Part shown: positions 20,126 through 29,630 of the stretch, one piece after another
Layout of the letters: each line of letters starts with the position of its first letter
Position numbering within the stretch: the stretch's first letter is position 1
Source of the DNA: a virus
Taxonomy: Duplodnaviria; Heunggongvirae; Uroviricota; Caudoviricetes
DNA length: 64,000 nucleotides
IMG/VR virus record: IMGVR_UViG_3300027804_000053
Reading direction: 5' to 3' (one strand)
Notes under the pieces: model-generated
Told to the model about the DNA's origin: nothing
The model's database searches: none
What the model saw: the letters and a program-made list of their open reading frames with translations, nothing else
Position numbers and translations under genes: made by a program

Positions 20126-23100
20126 ATGGCTTGTAAGATATATAAAGTAGTTGGTGGTACAGGAGGTGGTTCATGGAGTGGAGAACTCTGTGCATCTTTA
20201 ACCGCAGTAAGTAGTAATGTTAATCAAGGGGTTTCACTTTATACTCCTTGTATAAAAGACACTGCAACATTTACTAATGTAACCACAACTTCTGTAGATT
20301 GCGATAATAATGGGACTGCTGAAAACATTATTGTTGCTCCTTCACTATCTTTAATGCAACTTGTAAGTAGTGCAGATACATTTGTGAACTGGGTATTGGA
20401 AGGTGGGGTTCTGAAATTTGTACCATATAATAATGCTGCAGGTACTGCTTATTTAAGTATTCACACATCTGGAAATATATTAAGGTCAGATTTTCCAATT
20501 TACTTGGAAAATTCATTAAGTAATAATGCTCTAAGCCCATTAATTAATTCTACAGGTTGGTTAGGAAACAAACTCGCTCAGGGTTCACAAGGTGCACAAG
20601 GTGCTCAAGGAGACCAAGGTGCCCAGGGAAATATTGGAGGACAAGGTGCGCAAGGAGGCCAAGGGTCACAAGGAGCTCAAGGTTCTCAAGGAGCGGTAGG
20701 TGCTCAAGGAGTACAAGGAGCACAGGGAGCACAAGGCGCGGTTGGGGGACAAGGCTCTCAAGGAGGAACGGGTGCCCAAGGAGCTCAAGGTTCTCAGGGA
20801 ATAACCGGTCTACAAGGTGCACAGGGTGGACAAGGTGCGCAAGGAGTGCAAGGTGCACAGGGAGCTCAAGGAGATATTGGTCAACCTGGAAGTCAGGGAG
20901 CACAAGGAGCCCAAGGTGGTCAAGGAGCCCAAGGAGGACAAGGTGCACAGGGTGGTCAAGGTGCACAGGGTGGTCAAGGTGCTCAGGGTCTTACGGGGGG
21001 TCAAGGTTCTCAAGGAGGACAAGGTGCTCAAGGAGGGCAAGGTTCTCAGGGTTCTACAGGTGGACAAGGTTCACAAGGTGGTCAGGGTTCACAGGGACCT
21101 GTAGGTGCTCAAGGTTCTCAAGGAGGACAGGGTGCACAGGGTGGTCAAGGTGCTCAAGGAGGACAAGGGGCTCAAGGGGTACAAGGAGCTCAGGGTTCTC
21201 AAGGAGGACAAGGTGCCCAAGGAGCCCAAGGTGGTCAAGGTGCTCAAGGTGGTCAAGGTGCTCAAGGTGCAAAAGGAGTACAGGGTTCTCAAGGTGCTCA
21301 GGGTGCCGTAGGGGGACAAGGTGCCCAAGGTGGACAAGGAACACAGGGTGCTCAAGGTGGACAAGGTGCTCAAGGACCTCAAGGTGCTCAAGGGGGGACA
21401 GGTGCACAGGGTGCTCAAGGTCCTCAGGGTTTAACTGGTGCTCAGGGTCCAGCTGGTGTACAGGGTGCTCAGGGTACACAAGGACCGCAAGGTACACAAG
21501 GTGCTCAAGGGCCTACTGGTGGACAGGGAGCCCAAGGTGGTCAAGGTCCTCAAGGTCCCACAGGGGCACAAGGTCCAACCGGTGTACAAGGAGCCCAAGG
21601 AGCCCAAGGTGGTCAAGGTGCTCAAGGAGGGCAAGGAGCCCAAGGCGGACAAGGTGGACAGGGTGCACAAGGAGGACAGGGAGCCCAAGGTGGTCAAGGT
21701 GCTCAAGGAGGACAAGGAGCCCAAGGTGGTCAAGGTGCTCAGGGTTCTTTTGGAGCTAAAGGAGCTCTCGGTGCTCAGGGAGCCCAAGGTGCTCAAGGAC
21801 CTCAAGGTTCAACAGGAGCTCAAGGACCGGGCGGTGTACAAGGAGCCCAAGGTGCTCAAGGACCTCAAGGTTCAACAGGAGCTCAAGGACCGGGTGGTGT
21901 TCAAGGTGCTCAAGGTGCTCAAGGTGGTCAAGGTTCACAAGGTGGACAAGGAGCTCAAGGAGGTCAAGGTACTCAAGGTTCACAGGGTGGACAGGGAGCC
22001 CAAGGTGGTCAAGGGGCTCAAGGTGGACAAGGAACCCAAGGAGCTCAAGGTGGACAAGGAGCCCAAGGTGGTGGTGGTGCCGCTGGAGGTCAAGGAGCAC
22101 AAGGTGCTCAAGGACCTGTAGGTTCAACAGGAGCTCAAGGTCCAACAGGAGGACAAGGAGCACAAGGTGCTCAAGGGCCTCAAGGTTCAACAGGTGCGCA
22201 GGGACCTGGTGGAGGTCAAGGTGCCCAAGGTCAAAAAGGACCCCTTGGACCTACAGGTGCACAAGGACCAGCTGGAGGTCAAGGTGCCCAAGGAGCTCAG
22301 GGTCCACAAGGTGGACAAGGTTCACAAGGACCAACTGGAGGACAAGGCGCCCAAGGATTAATAGGTGGAACAGGTGGTCAAGGTGCCCAAGGACCAGCTG
22401 GAGGTCAAGGTGCCCAAGGAGCTCAGGGTCCACAAGGTGGTCAAGGTTCGCAGGGACCGGCTGGAGGACAGGGAGCACAAGGAGCTCAAGGTCCTCAAGG
22501 TGGTCAAGGAGCTCAAGGACCTGCGGGTGGTCAAGGAGCTCAAGGAGCTCAAGGCCCTCAAGGTGGTCAAGGAGCTCAAGGACCAGCGGGTGGTCAAGGA
22601 GCACAAGGGTCACAAGGCCCAGGTGGAGCTCAAGGTGCACAAGGACCAGCTGGTGGACAAGGTGCTCAAGGAGCTCAAGGGGGAGGAGGTGGAACAGGTG
22701 GTCAGGGAGCTCAAGGTGCAGTTGGACCGGCTGGAGCAACAGGTATTACAGGTGCGCAAGGAGCTCAAGGACCAGCGGGTGGTCAAGGAGCTCAAGGACC
22801 TACAGGAGCTACAGGAGCTCAAGGTTCACAAGGTGCAAAAGGTCCACTTGGACCTACAGGTTCACCAGGAGGAACGGGAGCTCAAGGTGCGCAAGGTCCA
22901 AAAGGACCTACAGGACCACAAGGTCCGGCAGGTGGGACGGGACCTCAGGGTGCTCAGGGTGCTCAAGGTGCAACAGGACCTTCGGATTATAGAGTAAAGA
23001 AAAACATTAAATCGATTGAAAATGTTTTACCAAAAGTTCTTAAACTTAGAGGTGTATCTTTCGAGTGGAAAAATATTGATACCAAATCTCACGGACCTCA

Positions 23101-23302
23101 AGTAAGTGACATTGGATTTATCGCTCAAGAAATTCAACAAATATTCCCTGAACTTGTATTCAAAAAGAATCAGAAAGATTCTCATTATATGGTAAAATAC
23201 TCTGAAGTTATTGCTTTATGTCTTCAAGCTATAAAAGAACAGTCTTTATTATTAGATGAAAAAGAGGAGAGACTTGAAAAACTTGAAATGAAAGTTAAGT
23301 AA
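20126..23302 (+). CDS. collagen-like fibre protein 3 with C-terminal intramolecular chaperone (S74-like) domain
   Basis: 1058 aa. ~150-aa N-terminal globular domain. Extremely regular (G-[AGS]-Q)n tract of ~800 residues. C-terminus [12 protein letters not shown]...IGFIAQE...HYMVKYSEV. Confidence 0.85.
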   Translation: MACKIYKVVGGTGGGSWSGELCASLTAVSSNVNQGVSLYTPCIKDTATFTNVTTTSVDCDNNGTAENIIVAPSLSLMQLVSSADTFVNWVLEGGVLKFVPYNNAAGTAYLSIHTSGNILRSDFPIYLENSLSNNALSPLINSTGWLGNKLAQGSQGAQGAQGDQGAQGNIGGQGAQGGQGSQGAQGSQGAVGAQGVQGAQGAQGAVGGQGSQGGTGAQGAQGSQGITGLQGAQGGQGAQGVQGAQGAQGDIGQPGSQGAQGAQGGQGAQGGQGAQGGQGAQGGQGAQGLTGGQGSQGGQGAQGGQGSQGSTGGQGSQGGQGSQGPVGAQGSQGGQGAQGGQGAQGGQGAQGVQGAQGSQGGQGAQGAQGGQGAQGGQGAQGAKGVQGSQGAQGAVGGQGAQGGQGTQGAQGGQGAQGPQGAQGGTGAQGAQGPQGLTGAQGPAGVQGAQGTQGPQGTQGAQGPTGGQGAQGGQGPQGPTGAQGPTGVQGAQGAQGGQGAQGGQGAQGGQGGQGAQGGQGAQGGQGAQGGQGAQGGQGAQGSFGAKGALGAQGAQGAQGPQGSTGAQGPGGVQGAQGAQGPQGSTGAQGPGGVQGAQGAQGGQGSQGGQGAQGGQGTQGSQGGQGAQGGQGAQGGQGTQGAQGGQGAQGGGGAAGGQGAQGAQGPVGSTGAQGPTGGQGAQGAQGPQGSTGAQGPGGGQGAQGQKGPLGPTGAQGPAGGQGAQGAQGPQGGQGSQGPTGGQGAQGLIGGTGGQGAQGPAGGQGAQGAQGPQGGQGSQGPAGGQGAQGAQGPQGGQGAQGPAGGQGAQGAQGPQGGQGAQGPAGGQGAQGSQGPGGAQGAQGPAGGQGAQGAQGGGGGTGGQGAQGAVGPAGATGITGAQGAQGPAGGQGAQGPTGATGAQGSQGAKGPLGPTGSPGGTGAQGAQGPKGPTGPQGPAGGTGPQGAQGAQGATGPSDYRVKKNIKSIENVLPKVLKLRGVSFEWKNIDTKSHGPQVSDIGFIAQEIQQIFPELVFKKNQKDSHYMVKYSEVIALCLQAIKEQSLLLDEKEERLEKLEMKVK
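20579..22981. repeat. Gly-X-Y triplet-repeat coding region of fibre 3
   Basis: GGN-GCN/GGN-CAA nonamer periodicity throughout. Confidence 0.8.
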
Positions 23303-23307
23303 AAAAA

Positions 23308-23332
23308 AAAGGGTTTTTTTAAACCCTTTTTA
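23308..23332. terminator. bidirectional intrinsic terminator (A-run, AAAGGGTTT/AAACCCTTT hairpin, T-run)
   Basis: aaaaaaaaaagggtttttttaaaccctttttat lies between the convergent fibre-3 gene and the minus-strand gene at 23319. Confidence 0.6.
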
Positions 23333-24173
23333 TATTAATCTTATTTTTTGTGTCTTCAATTGATTTGTACAACATGGTCAAAAATCTCGGCCAAATTTTC
23401 GGGTTGTGATTTTTGATAAGTTCCACATAAGTCAAATAATATGGTTCATTACCTTCTCTAGCGGAAATAAAATCCGAAAGACCAGGATTTTCAGTTGCAA
23501 TATCACTTATAGATTTGGAAATTCTGTTTTCCAATACCTCTTCATCATTAACTCTCCTTAAAATATCCAAAGAAAGTTTGGAAAGTTTTTCACCATTGGC
23601 AAAATAATTCAAAATGTTATCCAAGCTTTGAACCAAATACTTTTTATTTTCAGGATTTTTTAACATCAAGGTTCTTCTATCCATCTCAAGTTCTAAACCC
23701 TCCAAAAACTCATTAGAAATTGCTCTGAATTCAATTGGATGACCCCAATACTTCTCATCACTTTTCTCGTCGTAAGTTAGGCTGTATTTTGGGCTAAACT
23801 TTGTGGATTGAGTGGGGTCTGTTGCGTGGAGCATTTCGTGGTAAATTGTAAGGTATAAGTTCCTTCTCGAAACATATTCTTTTGGTTGTAATTCCATTAC
23901 AAAATCCATTGGGTCTCTTGATTCTTTTGGTTTGGTATCCATATAACCCAAATAAGGAAGTCTTGGGTTGATTATTACTTTCACATAACCATCAACACCG
24001 TCAGAAGTTTTAAATGGAAATCCGTCAACAAGAGTTTTTCTTGTAAACTTTTTATCTCTCATACTCCACAATCTATCAGCTAAATCTTGAATGTAGAAAT
24101 TTAGTTCAGGGTCCATTTTGAACCTTGATGCTTCAGTTAGAATAGAAGTTAATATGTTTAATATTTTAGGCAT
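23319..24173 (-). CDS. putative zinc metallopeptidase-like protein (HExxH)
   Basis: YHEMLHATDP contains HEMLH. 284 aa. ATG verified. Confidence 0.45.
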   Translation of the reverse strand: MPKILNILTSILTEASRFKMDPELNFYIQDLADRLWSMRDKKFTRKTLVDGFPFKTSDGVDGYVKVIINPRLPYLGYMDTKPKESRDPMDFVMELQPKEYVSRRNLYLTIYHEMLHATDPTQSTKFSPKYSLTYDEKSDEKYWGHPIEFRAISNEFLEGLELEMDRRTLMLKNPENKKYLVQSLDNILNYFANGEKLSKLSLDILRRVNDEEVLENRISKSISDIATENPGLSDFISAREGNEPYYLTYVELIKNHNPKIWPRFLTMLYKSIEDTKNKINIKRV

Positions 24174-24936
24174 TTAAGTCAGTTCTCCAATCAATAGGTA
24201 TGCTCTTTGTATACATTTTGGAGGCATACTTCTGAAATGTGTCTTTAAATTTTATTACATATTTTTTTATTTCCTTTATACTCGTCAAAGGGGCTTCAAT
24301 CCCTGTAGATAAATAGGCTTGAATCTCATCATCTATCACGTTTGGTCCATAACCCATTTTGGCAATCTTGTTTCTCAAAGGCTCCTCAACAAAATCAGGA
24401 AGTTCATCTATATTCATAGTCTGTTCTGCTTTATATTGGGGGGATGAAAACCACAGACCGTGTGCGAGTTCGTGTTGAATTAAAGAAGCGTCCTCACCAT
24501 TTTCTTGGTCAATTCCAATAAGATAAAACTTATCTCCTCCAACCTTTGATTTGATTGTATCAACAATACTGAACATTATTAAGTCGTAAAAATTAATGTC
24601 AGGGATTAGAGCCATACACGATTCAATTGAATCACAAGGGATATTATATCCAGCCCAATCTTCATGATATGTTAAGATGTCATTCTTTGTTTTTCTTTTG
24701 TAATAATCTACAAACTCTGTCCACTTGAAACCTTTCCCTCTGAAAGTATCCGAGTCAGATTCATAAAACTCTTGATACCTCATAAACACTCTCCCTCTCA
24801 ATTTATTGTCTTTAATAACAACGGCATATATTCTCGGATAGACCTCAAATAATTTAATTTGAGATAGTAAGTTACCTATGTACTTCGGTGGGGTTTTGGA
24901 AGGGCTCCTCGATATTTCTTTCAAATAATTTTTCAT
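24166..24936 (-). CDS. putative zinc metallopeptidase-like protein (HExxH), paralogous context
   Basis: IQHELAHGLWF contains HELAH. ATG at 24936 (the track's 24939 is a TTG). Overlaps the upstream stop. Confidence 0.45.
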   Translation of the reverse strand: MKNYLKEISRSPSKTPPKYIGNLLSQIKLFEVYPRIYAVVIKDNKLRGRVFMRYQEFYESDSDTFRGKGFKWTEFVDYYKRKTKNDILTYHEDWAGYNIPCDSIESCMALIPDINFYDLIMFSIVDTIKSKVGGDKFYLIGIDQENGEDASLIQHELAHGLWFSSPQYKAEQTMNIDELPDFVEEPLRNKIAKMGYGPNVIDDEIQAYLSTGIEAPLTSIKEIKKYVIKFKDTFQKYASKMYTKSIPIDWRTDLNA

Positions 24937-25949
24937 CAAATATAATCTCTGAAATACAAATTTATGTTTTTATCAACCGTGGAATAATTTGGATAGTCAG
25001 GAATACTAACCGAGAGACAATCATGGTCTTCTCTGATTATGGTCAGTAAAGCTCCTTGATATTCCAAAGTACCTCTATAAAAACCTTTATTATTATATAA
25101 ATATTCGTTCACAACCCCTTCTAAATCTCTTATCGGTAATTTGAATTTCTGAACCATCGTATTTTCTTTGAAAGGATGTGGTTTGGAAAACCATTCACCT
25201 TGTCCATCAAAATAATCATTCAACTCTGACCAAATTTCATCGTAAATTGTAGTTTCATAAGCTGAATTGTAAGCATTTGAGTGTATACTATATAGCTCTG
25301 ATTTCAGGTCAGATAGTTCATCATCCAATAATGAATTCATAGATTCTTCATCGTCAATTATTCTTGATACAACTTCTGAATTAATTTCCCAATAATCATT
25401 ATGACCTTGTTCTGTAGCAATTAGTTCCATTTCTTCTGTTTCGGGGGAAAGTTGTTTATCCTTGAGATTTTCGATGATGTATTCTTTCAAACGTTCAATA
25501 TTTTCTGAATTCAATTCCTCAATTACGTCTCTGTATAAATCGTCAGTTGTATCCCAATAACTGTCATACCAGTCTCCGTCGTCCGAGAGAATTTTTCTTA
25601 TAGTATCTTGTGATACGTCATTTCTGTGACCACCACAAAAAAGGTCCGCTAAATCTTCCCTATCACCAATCCAATAAGCTTTTCTCGTTTTTGGGTCAAT
25701 TTCAACATCTCCCAAAAATCTTCCAACCCAAAAATAATATCTTGGTTTATCATTTTCGTATAACCACAAGAGATAATCGTTTTGCCAACCTTCAGAATCG
25801 TAACTTTCTATGTCTAATTTTGTGTAAAGACCTCTTGATTTGAGAACATCAAAAAAAGTTTCTAAATCTCCGAAATAAGATATAACATCATCTTGTTCCT
25901 TATTTAGGAAGTCATCAAGTATTCTGTTTAGATTATCATTAATACTCAT
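24936..25949 (-). CDS. highly acidic hypothetical protein
   Basis: 337 aa, D/E-rich throughout. ATG verified. Confidence 0.5.
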   Translation of the reverse strand: MSINDNLNRILDDFLNKEQDDVISYFGDLETFFDVLKSRGLYTKLDIESYDSEGWQNDYLLWLYENDKPRYYFWVGRFLGDVEIDPKTRKAYWIGDREDLADLFCGGHRNDVSQDTIRKILSDDGDWYDSYWDTTDDLYRDVIEELNSENIERLKEYIIENLKDKQLSPETEEMELIATEQGHNDYWEINSEVVSRIIDDEESMNSLLDDELSDLKSELYSIHSNAYNSAYETTIYDEIWSELNDYFDGQGEWFSKPHPFKENTMVQKFKLPIRDLEGVVNEYLYNNKGFYRGTLEYQGALLTIIREDHDCLSVSIPDYPNYSTVDKNINLYFRDYI

Positions 25950-26012
25950 ACATTATAAATACAAAAAAAGGGACAAATTTTGTCCCTTATAATGATTAGA
26001 AGTTATATCTTT

Positions 26013-26183
26013 TTATTTGTTGGTCTTATTCGCTTGGTAATACTTTTCAATTGTTTTTTTCACGGAGGCTTTTACGTTGTCCTGTTGAATTTTTTGTTGC
26101 TCTTGTATTTGTCTTTGTTGAGCCGCGGCCTCAGCTGCAGAAACAGGTTGTTGTTGACCTTTATTTTTACATCCACATCCCAT
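26013..26183 (-). CDS. possible small Gln-rich protein (MGCGCKNKGQQQ...)
   Basis: 56-codon ATG-initiated ORF found by hand in the otherwise ORF-poor 25950-26270 intergenic region. Not in the ORF track (below 60 aa). Better composition than the listed ORF 26072..26284. Confidence 0.25.
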   Translation of the reverse strand: MGCGCKNKGQQQPVSAAEAAAQQRQIQEQQKIQQDNVKASVKKTIEKYYQANKTNK

Positions 26184-26269
26184 AAAAAATTATTTTTGTT
26201 GAGTTTATTTAGATAAATATATTTGTAGGGGAAATATAATTTAGAAAAGATATTTATTAAATAAAAAAG

Positions 26270-28012
26270 GTGAAATTTTTTCAAATTTTAAAAGAGTCGA
26301 GAGTTGATGAGTTTGCTTTCAAATATGCTAACAAGTTTACCGGTGAACAGCTTAAAAGAATGATTGATTTGATTAAACCAAAATTTTTAGATTGGTCAGG
26401 ACGAGTTTTGGACGGAATTTCCTTTGAAAAAGAAATTTTACAACTCAATGAATATTTAAATATTTTCGAGAACATTTCATCAAATTTACCTCAAACAGAC
26501 ATTAATCGTTATAAGTCATTGGATGAGTTAATCCAAGAGATTAAAAAGTATCGAGACAAGCTGAAAAGAAATTATACAGAGACTGAGGGTGGAAATTTAG
26601 TTTTCCAAGATGATAGATTTTACATTGTAAATCCACTTAATCATAAATCATCTTGTTATTATGGTGCTGGAACTAAATGGTGTACCAGCACAACTGATAG
26701 TGATGCAAACTTCAACAAATACAATAGTGATGGAAAACTTTTTTATTTTATTGATAAAAAGTTAAAAACAGATGACCCTTTCTATAAAGTTGCCCTCCTT
26801 TATAAATTTGATAAAGAGAAATCTTGGTGGGACGCTCGAGACAACTCTTTCTCTAAGGGATGGATACTTGGTTCCGAAGAACTTGATAAAATTTTGGGAC
26901 AAATTGAAGAATACCTCAGAAATCAATATCCCGAACAAATTCAAAAGTTTGAGGATGAAAAAAGAAAAAAAGAAGAGAAGGAAAGACAGAGACGATTGGA
27001 AATCCAAAGAATTCAAAGACAAAGGTACGAGGACGCCGAAGAAAGAAGAGCGGAGGGAGAATGGGATTTAGGACCCGATTGTCCTGAGGAAGGGTTGAAA
27101 GCTCATGCACTTCTCGATTGGTTGGTTGATACAAGTGATATTAAAGTCTTAACCAATGCAGACAGAATTGAAATTCAGAGAATTAATGATGAAATTGAAA
27201 GGTTGAACACAGAATACGACACATCTGATGAAGTAAGAACAGACCTTTTAGACACAATAAGTGATTTAGAAGATGAAAGAGATGAGTTAGTTTCAAAAAT
27301 TGATGTTTATAATATTGTACCAACAGGAGAACATTACGAAATGACTGAATTTGAAGTTACAGAAAGTGCGGATTTGGAAGGAAGAAGATATGCTGTTGGA
27401 ACTTTAGATGAAACTAGAGAGAGCGCTGAAGATGCTTTGAGACAACAAATAGATGATATGGGTGTGGATGCATTCAATCATGGGTTTGCGAAAGGTCATT
27501 TGGACAAGGATAAAATTGAGGACACCGCTAGAGATTATTTTTATCAAGACATTTGGGATAATCCAGATGCGTTCTTAGATGATTCACAAAGGGAACTATC
27601 AAAAAAACAAGATGATAATATAAGTTTATTAGAAAGAAAAATAAAACAAGCTGAAGACTCAATTGAAAGTTTGGAAGAATTAGAGGGCACTGAGGAAAAA
27701 ATAGAGGAATTACAAGATATGATTGTGGATTGGGAGGACGAAATTCAAGAAATAAAAGATGACCCTCAAGGAGATTTTCCAAGTGAACTGATTGAAGAAA
27801 GAATAGATGAGATGGTGGAAGACGCGGTAAGTGACCCTGAATATTTTTTGAGTAACTATGGTTTAGATTGGGCGGATTTTATAGACGTTGAATCATTAAT
27901 TGAGGAAGCGATTGATGTGGATGGTGAAGCTCATTTTATTAATTCTTATGACGGAAATTCTGATGAAGTTACAGTACAAGACCAAACCTTTGTGGTTATG
28001 AGAATTGATTAA
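26270..28012 (+). CDS. protein with conserved C-x-YG-x-G-x-WCTS domain and acidic coiled-coil C-terminal half
   Basis: 580 aa. SSCYYGAGTKWCTSTTD motif is paralogous to ORF 8675. GTG start per the track. First in-frame ATG is at 26360. Confidence 0.5.
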   Translation: MKFFQILKESRVDEFAFKYANKFTGEQLKRMIDLIKPKFLDWSGRVLDGISFEKEILQLNEYLNIFENISSNLPQTDINRYKSLDELIQEIKKYRDKLKRNYTETEGGNLVFQDDRFYIVNPLNHKSSCYYGAGTKWCTSTTDSDANFNKYNSDGKLFYFIDKKLKTDDPFYKVALLYKFDKEKSWWDARDNSFSKGWILGSEELDKILGQIEEYLRNQYPEQIQKFEDEKRKKEEKERQRRLEIQRIQRQRYEDAEERRAEGEWDLGPDCPEEGLKAHALLDWLVDTSDIKVLTNADRIEIQRINDEIERLNTEYDTSDEVRTDLLDTISDLEDERDELVSKIDVYNIVPTGEHYEMTEFEVTESADLEGRRYAVGTLDETRESAEDALRQQIDDMGVDAFNHGFAKGHLDKDKIEDTARDYFYQDIWDNPDAFLDDSQRELSKKQDDNISLLERKIKQAEDSIESLEELEGTEEKIEELQDMIVDWEDEIQEIKDDPQGDFPSELIEERIDEMVEDAVSDPEYFLSNYGLDWADFIDVESLIEEAIDVDGEAHFINSYDGNSDEVTVQDQTFVVMRID

Positions 28013-28040
28013 GAAAATTTTTTAACTATTTTTCTCATAT

Positions 28041-28619
28041 ATGAACGGAAAAGAAAAGTTAGTTTTTGGTGACAATTATATTTTTTTACCTGAGTTAGAT
28101 GGATATGTAATGCATGTTGCAGAAAAAAAATTAATGAGGGAGTTAGCATCCCTTGCAACGAGAAATGGAGGACACATACTTGAGATTGGTTTCGGGTTGA
28201 ATATAACAGCCGACTTTGTTCAAGAAAATCCGAACGTTCTTTCCCACACCATTATTGAAGTTCATCCTGAAATTTATGAAAGAGCCGTGAAATGGGCTGA
28301 GAATAAAAAAAATGTTACTTTATTATTGGGAAGTTGGGAAGAGGTAATTCCCAAATTGGATAAAAAGTTCGACGGGGTTTTACATGATACACACGAGGAC
28401 CCTAACATTCCATTTTTCCTTACGGATGTTAAAAAAAATTGTAATGAAAACTGCATTGTTGCATTTTTCGAGTATCTGATAAGGGACTATAGATTAACTG
28501 AGATTGTTTATGAGTTTGAAAATGAAGATATAAGTAATTTACCCTACTCTCTTCCAAAAAAATATCCGTTAAAATACACAATTTTCCGAAATGGTGAGTT
28601 CAGTCCGGATAGTTATTAA
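28041..28619 (+). CDS. hypothetical protein, weak class I SAM-methyltransferase-like motif
   Basis: GGHILEIGFGLNITADF resembles motif I (hhhE/DhGxGxG). Weak. Confidence 0.3.
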   Translation: MNGKEKLVFGDNYIFLPELDGYVMHVAEKKLMRELASLATRNGGHILEIGFGLNITADFVQENPNVLSHTIIEVHPEIYERAVKWAENKKNVTLLLGSWEEVIPKLDKKFDGVLHDTHEDPNIPFFLTDVKKNCNENCIVAFFEYLIRDYRLTEIVYEFENEDISNLPYSLPKKYPLKYTIFRNGEFSPDSY

Positions 28620-28622
28620 AAA

Positions 28623-29402
28623 ATGCCAAGAAAGAAAAAAATATCATTTCAATTGGACCCTGAGTGGATGTTGAAATCTCCCGTAGATTTTGAGTTCAAC
28701 AAGTATACTCTTTTGGACTACATTCAAAAGTGTGAAAAAAGGTTTGAAAAATTGGAGATATACCCTGATTTTGTGGAGCTCTCTCTTCACTTAGCAAACC
28801 TACAATCACTCACAAAAGAGAAGACATTACTTCTGACTGATAAAAAATTTAATTCTTGTGATGATGAGATTTTACTCAAAGAACTTTATCCAAAAAAACC
28901 AAGAGACCTTTCTAGAGAAGAGGAGGAACAACTTGACAAAACAATAATGTATTCAGGGAACAAACTTTTTGATACCTTCAATATTGGTAAATCAATTTGG
29001 AATCTTGCATTTGATAACATTTTCATCAATTTGAAAAAAAATAGAGATAGTTTACATTTGGGTAAGGGGTTTTGTTACTTTGTTGAACAAGATACAAGGA
29101 AATTGTACATTTGGCAATATGAGATTAAGAGAGATAGGAAAAAAGGGGGTGACCACAAAACAAATCTTACACTCATATTCGAAAACAATTTGTCCGATAA
29201 CTCGATAACAGAATTAATCACCAATTTTTCAACTTGGAAAAATGATGTAACAATTTATCCAATTTTTGAAATCAAATCCAAAATAGCCTTCCCGATGGAA
29301 CAAACCTTCGTTCCGATGATGAAAAGAAAAATTTTGACTTTTATATTTCAAGTTGCCAATGCGGAACTTATGAAATCCTTTGATTCTTCTCCGAAAGTTT
29401 AA
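28623..29402 (+). CDS. hypothetical protein
   Basis: ORF track, 259 aa. Confidence 0.45.
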   Translation: MPRKKKISFQLDPEWMLKSPVDFEFNKYTLLDYIQKCEKRFEKLEIYPDFVELSLHLANLQSLTKEKTLLLTDKKFNSCDDEILLKELYPKKPRDLSREEEEQLDKTIMYSGNKLFDTFNIGKSIWNLAFDNIFINLKKNRDSLHLGKGFCYFVEQDTRKLYIWQYEIKRDRKKGGDHKTNLTLIFENNLSDNSITELITNFSTWKNDVTIYPIFEIKSKIAFPMEQTFVPMMKRKILTFIFQVANAELMKSFDSSPKV

Positions 29403-29414
29403 TATATTTGTTTT

Positions 29415-29630
29415 ATGGGATTTAATAGAAGATATGTCGACAAAGACACTTCAATTCACGCTTTGAAAAATGGTGGACTGAAAAATTATTACGGAAAGTC
29501 CGATGCACTTATTTTCGAAGATGATATTAGTTCAAAAATTTACGAACTCTATAAATCTGGTCACAATTCCGAAGAAATTCTTATCATTATAAATCAAAAC
29601 ATGGAGGAAAAAACCAATGAAATGTATTAA
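29415..29630 (+). CDS. hypothetical small protein
   Basis: ORF track. Confidence 0.35.
   Translation: MGFNRRYVDKDTSIHALKNGGLKNYYGKSDALIFEDDISSKIYELYKSGHNSEEILIIINQNMEEKTNEMY

Noticed and set aside
13988-22981. Considered whether the highly regular nonamer repeats could be a CRISPR array or satellite.
   Set aside because: There are no repeat-spacer alternations. Periodicity is 9 nt and in-frame with flanking non-repetitive coding domains. A continuous ORF spans each region.
20550-22997. Alternative-frame and antisense ORFs within the fibre-3 gene (20557..21759, 21438..22121, 22365..22997 and others).
   Set aside because: Same repeat artefact. Arg/Ser/Cys- or Lys/Val/Leu-rich translations typical of frame-shifted collagen codons.
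26072-26284. Listed minus-strand ORF of 70 aa.
   Set aside because: Low-complexity Asn/Lys/Tyr-rich translation from an AT-rich intergenic region. A different frame on the same strand gives a more plausible small ORF (26013..26183). Either may be non-coding.
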